A stretch of DNA of 64,000 nucleotides from contig OY253673.1 of the NCBI GenBank assembly GCA_958009085.1, forward strand, positions 682,001-746,000, in the 5' to 3' direction. Source of the stretch: Protoeuglena noctilucae (lineage: Eukaryota). Shown one piece after another: positions 11,977 to 21,813 of the stretch. The first letter of the stretch is position 1. Each line of letters starts with the position of its first letter. The translations under genes were made by a program, and so were the position numbers. The notes beneath the pieces were generated by a model. That model had not been told where the DNA came from, made no database searches, and was given only the letters and a program-made list of their open reading frames with translations.

Positions 11977-14900
11977 ATGTCCTGCGTGCAGCACGCGCCG
12001 CTCTCTGGGCGCGGGGCCCTCCTCCGCCGCGCCCTGGCGGGGAGCTGTTCGGCCCCCGGGGTCGGTAGCGGGCTGCCTTTCAATAACCTCGTCGCTTGGG
12101 GGCGTGGCGACGTCGACGCGCCGGGTGAGGAACCGCGGCGAGAGGCACGTGCGTTGGGCGCACAATCCCAGCCCAGCCGCGCGAGGGACGACCAGCGCAG
12201 CTCGAGCGTGTGGTGTCGAATGCGCGCTATGATATGACGTCGCTTGCTGCCGCCGCGGGGGTTTGTCGCGTCCGTCCCGGCGAGCATCGCCTCAAGGACG
12301 CATCGCGCGGACGGGCCGCTTGCGCCCGCCCTCCCGCGCACGAGCGTCGCGACGAGGCCGCGTCCCGCGTCCACTCGACGCAGGCTATATCGGCCGATGC
12401 GCCGTGCTGGGAATGGCGCCCCTTTCCCTCGCCCGCCGCGCGGCGGGGCGCGCCCACGCGTCCCCGTCACAAGTGACCACGGAGGCGCGGGTGCCGCCCC
12501 GCCTGTCGGGCCAGGACATCCGCCGCAAGTTCCTGCAATTCTTCGAGTCGCGCGGGCACCTGCGCCTGCCCTCTTCCTCGCTCGTCCCGGAGGACCCGAC
12601 GGTGCTGCTGACCATCGCGGGGATGCTCCAGTTCAAGCCGGTGTTCCTCGGCCAGCGCCCGCGGCCGGCCCCGCGCGTGACGACCACGCAGAAGTGCGTC
12701 CGCACCAACGACATCGAGAACGTGGGCGTCACCGCGCGCCACCACACGTTCTTCGAGATGCTCGGCAACTTCTCATTTGGCGACTATTTCAAGGAGGAAG
12801 CCATCGCCATGGCCTGGGAACTCTCCACCAAGGAATTCCTCATCAGCCCTGAGCGCATCTGGGTGTCAGGTGGGAGGGGCTTTTAGCGCCCGGCAGGACA
12901 GCGTAGAGGGGGCATGGGATGCCGGCACCACTCAGCGGCAAGCCCGGCGCCCACGCAGTGTACGAGAAGGACGACGAGTCCCTGGCCATCTGGAGGGACA
13001 AGATCGGCGTGCCCGCTGAGCGTATCAAGGCAAGTTGCTGTGCCTACCAACGTTGCCCAGCCACTGCTGTGCTTCGTCACTCCACCCCCCGCCCGTTTCC
13101 GCAAACCTCGCCCCACTTCCCTATCGCAGCGCATGGGTGAGAAGGACAACTTCTGGGCGTCGGGGCCCACCGGTCCCTGCGGCCCCTGCTCTGAGCTTTA
13201 CTACGATTTCCACCCCGAGCGTGGCGCGGAGGGGGCCTCTCTTGAGGACGACTCCCGGTTCATCGAGTTCTACAACCTCGGTGAGAGATTCCGATTCCGA
13301 TTCCGATACCGATTCTGCTTGGTTGTTCTTATACAGTCGTGCCCAGAGTTGTCACCCGCGGCCCCCACCCGCCCGCACAGTGTTCATGGAGTTCAATCGC
13401 GACGCGGAGGGTCGCGTGGCTCCCCTGGAGAAGAAGAACATCGACACGGGGATGGGATTGGAGCGGATGGCGCAGATCCTGCAGCGGGTGCCGAACAACT
13501 ACGAGACGGACCTGGTGCGGCCGCTGATGGACGAGGCCGCGCGGCTGGCCGGCACGGACTACGACGCCGCGGACGACCGGCAGCGCCTGGCGCTGAAGGT
13601 AATCGCCGACCACACGCGTGCCGTCACATACCTCGTGTCGGACGGGGTCACGCCCTCGAACGTCGGGAGGGGCTACGTGGTCCGCCGCCTCCTCCGCCGC
13701 GTCGTGATGAAGGGCCGGCTGCTGGGCATCCCGCACCCGTTCCTCCCTGCCGTCTCCCGGGTCTCCATCAGCCTGTCGGGGGACTGCGACCCAGACGTCG
13801 CCCGCAACGCCGACCGCGTCCTCGCCGAGCTCGAGAGGGAGGAGATGGCCTTCGTGGTGAGCAACGGAACTCCAACCATGACCTGGCTATACCTTGCCCC
13901 TCTTGTCTTGTCTCATCATCTGCTATCTGGGGAGCAGGGCTAGCATCTCTCCATATGACACCCGACCACGGCTACCATAGCTCAACACCTTGTTACCCAG
14001 GCGACGCTGAAGAAGGGCGAGAAGATCCTGTCGGACGTTCTCGACAAGGCGGTGACCGCTAATTCGCCCGTCTCGGGCCCTGACGCCTTCCTGCTCTACG
14101 ACACGTTCGGGGTGCCCCTCGAGTGCACGGTCGAGTGGGCAGCCGAGCGCGGGGTGGGCGTGGACGTGGCGGGCTTTGACGCGGAGATGGAGCGGCAGAA
14201 GCGGCAGTCGCAGGCAGCCAGGGAGGACGTCGACCTGACGGCAGACGCGGTGCTGGGAGAGGTGCGGGCGGAGGCGGGACCCACACAGTTTTGCGGGTAC
14301 GAGGACCTGCAGCTGTCGGGCGCACGCGTGGTGGCGCTGCTGCGCGAGGGCGCGCGTGTGGAGCGCGTGGGGGCCGGGGAGGAGGCCCAGCTGGTGCTGG
14401 ACCGCACGCCTTTCTATGCGGAGTCGGGTGGCCAAGTGGGCGACCGGGGTCGGTTGCGGGTGGAGGGCGGGGGCGCGGAGGTGGAGGTGGTCGACGTTCA
14501 GAAGGCCGCGGGGGGCGAGCTGTTCGTGCACAGCGTGCGGGTGGCCGAGGGGAGCGTGCAGGTGCGGAGGAGCGGTGGGGCGACACTCGTGTGCATGAAT
14601 TCTGGCAGAGTAGCATGGGTGTCGGCTCTACTATCGTCATGTGACTTGTTTTCGCAGGTCGGGGACAGGCTGGCGGGCGCGGTGGACGAGGTGTCCCGGG
14701 GTCGCATCCGCGCGAACCACACGGCGACCCACCTGCTCCAGAGCGCACTGAAGGCGGTGCTCGGCCCAGACACGTGCCAGCAGGGGTCGCTCGTGACGGC
14801 CGAGCGCCTGCGTTTCGATTTCAACTCCCCCAAGGGTGAGCAGGGCGCGTGCGGCGCTGCCCTCGTAACCTCGCCTTGGGCTGGCGCGGCGCCTCACCTG

Positions 14901-16067
14901 ACCCGCACCTCGTCCGGTGTGCCGCAGCCATGACTCAGGAGCAGCTGCGGGAGGTGGAGGACCTGGTCAACACCTGGGTGGGCCAGGCGCATGCTCTGGA
15001 GGTGGAGGAGATGCCCATTGCGGAGGCCAAGGCCAAGGGAGCCATCGCCATGTTTGGCGAGAGGTGCGTGGCGCGCCAGATGCGCGAGAGGGCGCACCGC
15101 TAAGGCTGAGGAGTGAGTGAATGCGAGGGTGAGCGAGTGAGCGACTGCGGCTGGCCCTTGCAGGTATGCGGACGTCGTGAGGGTTGTAGATGTGCCGGGG
15201 GTGTCGATGGAGCTGTGCGGCGGCACGCACGTGGGCAATACGTCGGAGATCCGCGGGTTCAAGATCCTGTCCGAGGCCGGCATCGCGTCGGGCATCCGTC
15301 GGATCGAGGCCGTGGTGAGTGCTTCATGCAGGGGTCATAGAGCGCCAGGGACGGTACCGTACCCGGCCACTGCGCTGCGGAGACTCGCCGAGGGCCTTTG
15401 GGGATCGAAGAGAGCGGATCCCGGGAACTATTTGAGGAACTGCGCGCATTAGCGAGGACTTTCGTGCACTTTCCCGCTGCAGACGGGCGACGGGATGATC
15501 GCGCACCTCAACACCGTGGACGGCATCGTGCGGGCGCTCGCGGGCGGCCTCAAAGTGAAGCCGGAGGAGCTCGAGGGGCGCGTTCGCGCCATGCAGGACG
15601 AGCTGCGCGCGGCCGCCAAGGAGGTGGCGGACCTCAAGTCGCAGCTGGCCCTGGCGAAGGCCCAGGCATTGCTGGGGCAGGCGGAGGCCGCGGGCTCTTT
15701 CCGCCTCCTCGTGGCGCGCTTGGACGGAGTCGACGCCAAGGGCCTGCAGGACGCCGCGCTCGGGCTGCAGCAGAAGCTCGGGGAGGCAGGGGCCGTGGTG
15801 CTGGGTTCCGCGTCGGAGGACGGGAAGGTGTCGCTGGCTGCGGCGTTTGGGAAGGAGGCGGTGGCCAAGGGGGCCAACGCGGGCAAGTTCATTGGCGGCG
15901 TGGCCCGGGCGTGCGGCGGAGGGGGCGGGGGCAAGCCAAACGTGGCGCAGGCGGGGGCTAAGGACGCGTCGAAGCTTGATGAGGCCCTCAGCCAGGGGAA
16001 GGCCGAGCTCACGGGCACCATCATCGGGAAAACCGCGAGTCTGGCGTCAGTAGGATCATCCCCGTGA
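11977..16067 (+). CDS. alaS: Alanyl-tRNA synthetase, organellar (plastid/mitochondrial) type; the last ~15 codons come from a transposon end
   Basis: [114 protein letters not shown]. The start at 11977 (transit-peptide-like exon) is tentative. Confidence 0.95.
13287..13315 (+). repeat. (GATTCC)n hexamer microsatellite at the 5' end of an AlaRS intron
   Basis: gattccgattccgattccgataccgattc immediately after the GTGAGA donor. Confidence 0.85.
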
Positions 16068-16135
16068 TACCCAGGAATCGTGGGGATCATCCCGCTGATC
16101 CCGGGGTATCAGAGGGATCATCCCAGTGATCCCAC
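16016..16135. repeat. Left TIR and subterminal GGGATCA/GATCCC array
   Basis: ggatcatccccgtgatacccaggaatcgtggggatcatcccgctgatcccggggtatcagagggatcatcccagtgatccc. Confidence 0.85.
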
Positions 16136-17443
16136 TGACGACACAGACTGTAATGTAAACCCTCATTGAGCCCAGTGATTCCAGCCGCGCGCCCGATCTC
16201 CCTGGGGAGGCCGTTTTACGCGGCGCGGTTACGGCCACGGCGCACCCGGGATGCGAGAGGCCGCTGGGAGCAGTTTCGCGGCATTTCGTCGTGGTCGGGG
16301 ATCGCGGGGAGCGGGGCCCACTCGGGAGCGCAGCGGCGCCGGAAGCGTTAGCCGAGGCTATCCCGCCGCCTATCTTCCTTCTCGGCCGCGATCAGACCTA
16401 TCTTGATCGCGATCGGACGCATCTTTTGGGCACGCGCGCTCCGGGGCCCGCGCGGCCCGGGGGGCTCCGTTCGGCCCGTAATCGCTCCCTAGCGTAGCTA
16501 TTGGTATTTCAATCCCTACGCCGAGGTTACATGACCATCCGTGACGCTCTAGGCAACGCACTCATGCACGCACATGCAGCCGGACTCGGGCGGCCGCAGG
16601 CGCGACGGGAGCGCGCAGCGACCACCGCCAGAGGCACCGACCGCTTGTTCCGGACGCTGCCGCTCCATCGGGGAGCGGCGCTCCGGCACTCGGGCCAGGC
16701 ACTCGGGAGATGGTGGCGTGCGCGACTCCGCCGTGCCGACGGCCGCCCCAGGAGTCGATGACCACCGCTGCGGGGCGCCGCGGACGCCAGACGACAGACA
16801 AGGGGCATGGGTCGGCGGACGAGCCATGGCGGGCCCGGCCAGCACCCGACCAGCGCCGGAACTTGGGACGAGGTGGCACGTGCGCCTGCGTGCTTGTTAG
16901 GCGAAGTTAGAGTCAGTCTCGGGGTGAGAGAGTGCAGGCACGGTGCCAGGTACAGTAAGCAAGTACAGAGATACCACGCTGGCGGACCAGCCCTTCGTCC
17001 CTCCCAGCCAACCAACCCCCCCTTGCACACCTGACCGTGTCGCAGACCCCACCGGTAGCGCAGCAGACCAACCGCGCACCTCGGGGACAGCGACAATGTC
17101 CGACCTGATCTAGTCATGCGTATGCTGCATCTCACCTCACGGGAGCTGGCCCCTCCCCTCCCCAGCCACGTCAGCACACCTCGCAGATGGCTCAGCAGCA
17201 GGCTGCACTCTCACCCTAGAGAGGGACGATGATCCAGCGCTGTTCGCACCAGCAGCGCCGAGCCTCGCCTGTGCGCGGTGCTGTCGCTGCAGCCCTGCAA
17301 TCCACCCCCGCTTGCCTGGAGGACTGACGACCCCTGAGCCTGCCTGACCCACAGAGCGCGCGCTGGACTTTCCTCACCTCCGCTTCCACGCCCTCACCAT
17401 GCCCGCCTTGAACCCTGCATCGCAACCTGCGCTGCAGCTCACC

Positions 17444-20400
17444 ATGCTCGAATGCGACGCGTGTGGAACGCAATTCGATACCCCGGCCAAGCTCGCCCGG
17501 CATCAGCAAAGATGCCCTGCGCTGTGGGGCTGGAGATATGGCGAGGAGAGCCGCCAGGAAGCACCCCGCCCCGCCGCCCCACACGAACACTATGTCTCTC
17601 CGTCTCTGCGAGGCTCGGACGGGCTGGCACGCGACAGCGCCAGCGCGGGACCAGACCAAGAACTGCGGGAGGAAGACGGGACGGCGGACGTTGCTGCGGG
17701 CAGTGATGGCGAGAGCGAAGATGTAGGACTCGCGTGGCTCCACTACGCCGACACGGACGTGGACATGGACGTGGACATTGACTCGGAGAGGGGTGAACCG
17801 CCCGAGAGCGCCGGAGCGCATGATGCGCCCCAAGAGGACGCTCCTGGAGTCTCCTACCTTCCTGCGCCCGGGGAGTACGAACCGCTGAAGCTGCCGGAGG
17901 ACCTGGAGGCATGGCGGGCCAGGAGCAGGGACAGTGACGATGAGTACCTGAGCCAACTTGAAGCAGGGGCGCAGTTCATGGCATCGCTGACGGCAGCGCA
18001 TTTCGATTGCTTCGTGAAGCTGCGCCCCGACATCCGCGACGACCTTCTCGACCTCGGGCGCTCCCACCGCACGTTCCACACCTCACTCAACAGCATCCAT
18101 GGCCAGTACGAGGTGCGTCACGCCGCGGTGCCGCTTGTGTCGAGGGCCTCGGACGCGGCCGAGGGGGCTGACGCCAACCAGTGCACGCACGGCCTGCAGG
18201 TTTTGCAAGAGGAGGGCAGCACAACCATCATCTACCAAACGATAACGGTGCTGAGGGACATGCTGGTGCACGCGGAGCAGATCAAGCCCAAGACGCTCGT
18301 TAAGTTGATGCGAGACTTCAGCGAGGCACGGGAACGGTCACGCCAGGCGCGGGCGAGACCACATGAGACGCATCCCAGCATCCACGAGAAGCTCACCTTC
18401 TCCCGGGCGAAGGGGTATAGCGACATAGCCGAGGCTGTCGCTGGCAAAGTCCGCCCCGAGCTGCACGCCCGGCTGCTCCTCGTGCCCGTCGCGTACAGCA
18501 TCGACGGGGTGGAGATGACCAAGGGCGCATCGACGACGCCCATCCACATGCACCTCCTGTCGCCTTGCAAGGCCGTGAGGACAGGGACGCCGCGAACCGT
18601 GGCCACCGTCGAGTCCATGAAGGCGAGAGGAGGATTGCCGGCGTTGCAGCCCACACGTCCACCACCACGCCGCGTGTATGAGTTGTCGCTCGAGGCCCCC
18701 GCAGGTGTCCGGGATCACTCCGGGGTCACAGGCAGACCTGAACAACAGAGAGGCCATCCAGCGGCGGCTGGCTGCCGTGGACCGGCAGCTGATTGGCGTG
18801 GCGAGGTCCGGTGGGGTGTGGATGACCCTCCCCGACGTCGGGAGAGTCATCGTCTTTCCCGTCTTGGCGGCGCAGCTGAACGACATGATGGCCAACTCGT
18901 CCACGCTGGCCGTCAGGTCGTGCCCGCTGTGCCTCCAGGATGACTGCCGCACGCCTCGCACCGTCGCGCTGCATCGCCTCCAGGTGCAGCACATCCTGCG
19001 CTTGAGGAGGGACGTGGGGACGGCCAGGGCCAACGAACAAGCCAGGGAGAGCAAAATTCATCCTGTGGTTCCTGCCCTGTCGTACTGGGACGAGTTCGGG
19101 TCGGACTTGTATCAGGGCCAAGCACCTGACCCCATGCACACCGTGGAACTGGGAATGTTGGGCAAGACTGTTCCCTTCTGCATACTGACCGTCCTCTACA
19201 ACAACGCGGCAGCGGGAGAGTCTGCGACAAAGGCAAACGCCCTCTTGGCTGCGTTCGCATCGATCATTGCGGATGCCAAGGTGAGCTGCAGGTCAGGCAA
19301 TGGCGTGCGTTGCCTGCAGTGGCGCCGCAGCTGCTCGGTATTCACCTGGCATGTCCATCGTCGTGTGGGTGGAGCGCAGGCCCCGGCATGGATCCACGCC
19401 CGTCCGTGGGGCGAGACCTTCCAAATCGTGCTGAGCCTCGTGGACCCGTTTGGGAAGATAAAGGCGTACGAGGCGAGGTTCTTGATCCAAGCTCTGCCTT
19501 TCGCCCTCGTCGAGCTCTTCTCTCGAGGCGAGGCCGACAGTCAGCGCTGCGAGGGCATCGGGAGGAGCTGCGGGTATCGCGATGCGGGCCGGGGAACCCC
19601 GGGAGTGTTTCCCCACCACCACATCCCTTGCAGAGCCTACGGGCAGCAAAGACGTGCACGACGAGAGGGTTGGGCTCGTGGCCGTAGCCCTGGCATGCCT
19701 TCAGCTCTATGCCGAATGGTCCCTGGAGAGCGCCACCATCGCAGGGGCGCAGGCGGCGGACGCGCAGCTGAATAAGGTCCTCCACGTGAGGCCTTCTCCA
19801 ACACCAGCCCCATCGTTCGCTGCCCCTTACTCACTCTGGAAGCCTTGTCGCTGCCGTGTCGCCGCAGGTCGTGCTCAAGACGCTGCTGCGTGGCCACGAA
19901 ATCGTCCGCACGGAGAAGCCCCTCTTCAGCAAGATCGAGAACAGCCAGAAGTGCCACGCGCTTTCGCATTTCCCTGCAGTGGTGGCGAGGAACGGCTCCA
20001 TCATGTTGGGCAGCATGAACGACGCCGAGCGCATGCACAAGCCCATTGCCAACGCGCGCACGAACGGCAAGGGCGACGTGCAGGTACAGGCAAGAAGCGC
20101 CGCCCAGCGTAGGCGACGCGGGGAAGCCCACGCAGGACGCGTTTCTTGCGACTCACACGTCTCGATGCGGTCGCACGGCGCTCGACCCGCGTGCCATGCT
20201 GAGCCGCGCTGGACTGACCCCCGAGCCCTGTCGCAGGCGAGCACCCGCGTCATCTCTCAGAGGGCGGCCTCCGTCATCAAGAGCCGGGCGAGGGCGGAGC
20301 AGCCGGTCCCGTCCCAGCCCGAGGACCAAGTGAAGGGCGTGAAGACCGTCCTGAAGAAGAACGACCTGTGCAGCGAGGGACGCGCGGAAGACTTCGTTTC

Positions 20401-20902
20401 TAAGGCGGACCTCCTGAACGCCCTCAAGGGCGCGGGGCTTCCCTGCCACGTCTTGGGCGAGGTCGCGCTGACCTCCACGGTCGAGATCGGGACGGCCAGC
20501 GGGGACCGGGCCAGGATCGTCGCCACCGACGAGACCCTGTCCTTCGTCGAGTACCTCCCGGACAGGGGCACGCTGCAGACGGGCAGGGTCGTGTGCGGGG
20601 TTGAGGCGAAGACCAGCTCCGGTGCCGGGACCTTCCTCTGCGCCCTGGTGGCCCCGGTGCACAGGGCCCCATGCGACCTGAGGTACCTGTCCAACCAGTG
20701 CTTGTCGTTCTACACCAACCTGGGAGCGCTGCAGCCTCCCCAGCTGTCGCTCCTGGAGCCTGCGGAGGGCGAGGCTCTGAAGTGCGTGCCCCTCCGCAAC
20801 CTTCGGCGGCAGCTTCACGCCGTGAAAGTTGCTGGGAAGCTTCTTCACTGCGGCCACGTGCAGCAGGTCTGGGAGCACCACGCCAGCGGCGGCGAGGAGT
20901 AG
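17444..20902 (+). CDS. Plavaka-like DDE transposase with N-terminal C2H2-like zinc finger; ~7 exons, ~950 aa
   Basis: Predicted exons 17444-18112, 18200-18622, 18705-19280, 19380-19527, 19634-19785, 19868-20083 and 20237-20902 join in frame. Motifs: CDACGTQFDTPAKLARHQQRC; VAYSIDG (D1); LNDMMAN..CPLC (D2 plus CxxC); PDPMHTVELG; KCHALSHF..RNGS..DAERMHK (E); beta-rich C-terminal domain. This pattern resembles Plavaka/CMC transposases. Confidence 0.78.
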
Positions 20903-21445
20903 GTGACCCCAGGAGCTCCCCGATGCTCGCGGTGCCAGGTCCCCGACGCCGGCGATGTCATCTGTATCGAGATAATTCTCCGAAGCCAGCCCCGCGCCCC
21001 CATCCGCAGCGCCATGACGGCGGGGACGGCTCACCTCCCATGCAGCAGCCACCTCCGTGCGGCGTAGCCGGCAAAGGCGCCGCAGCTAGCGAGATTTAGG
21101 TCACCTCAATCCATAGGCCAAGCGCTGCGTGCCCGATCGCGGCCGCGGCGGCGGTAGGCCTGGTCGAGCACGGGGACCTCCCCGGCGCCCCCGGGGGCCC
21201 GGCGAGCCCGCGAGCTCCCGCTCATCGCATAGATATGGACATCTCACGTTGAACAGCGGCGGCGCAGGGGAAGCGGACCCCGGATGCGTCGACGGCCCCC
21301 GTCTGCATGCTGGAGCAAGCTTTAGGACGCGAGAGGGGCCTCCGAGGCAGTCATTAGCACCAACTAGCAAATGTGCGGTCTCTCCGCCTCCTCTCGAGCC
21401 CCCTGAGCAAACGCGGGGGCGCGCACGCGCGTCAGGGCCGCGGCC

Positions 21446-21605
21446 CGGGATCGCTGGGATCACTGCGGCAGTGGCGGGGATCGCCGGGATCACGGGGATG
21501 ATCCCGGCGATTCCCGGGGATCACTGGGATGAATCCAGTGATTCCCGCGATCCTTCTGATCCGAGTGACGTCAAATCGCCGGGTTTTCCCGATGACACTG
21601 CAGTG
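21446..21605. repeat. Right subterminal GGGATC array and TIR
   Basis: About 8 GGGATC/GGGATG/GATTCC units followed by ggttttcccgatgacactgcagtg. Confidence 0.85.
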
Positions 21606-21813
21606 ACGGAATGCCTCAGACACGGCCAGGACTTGCAGTGACAGAAAACTTGGGGCCATAACTAGTTCTTTTCAACCTTTGATCCTGGCAAGAGATAGTC
21701 AGCAAAGGAAAGCGTAGAGATCGCTTGGTGTTCTTGGGATCCATCACGCGTGCGGTGACCTCACGGACATCATGGGGCTTAGCGGATCTCAATAGTGGAA
21801 TTGTGAACAGTAG

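Larger units (their letters stand above)
16015..21605 (+). mobile_element. ~5.6 kb TIR DNA transposon (Plavaka/CACTA-like) inserted in the AlaRS last exon
   Basis: Left end GCACCATCATCGGGAAAACC-GCGAGTCTGGCGTCAGTAGGATCA matches the reverse complement of the right end, GCAGTGTCATCGGGAAAACCCGGCGATTTGACGTCACTCGGATCA. Both ends carry subterminal repeat arrays. The direct repeat ACGG flanks it (16011-16014, 21606-21609), and it contains a transposase gene. Confidence 0.88.

Noticed and set aside
16149..16158. Tandem TGTAA as a transposon-supplied poly(A) signal for AlaRS
   Set aside because: The position is suggestive, but I did not find TGTAA behind the host genes I checked in this window, so this organism may not use it; it cannot be supported.
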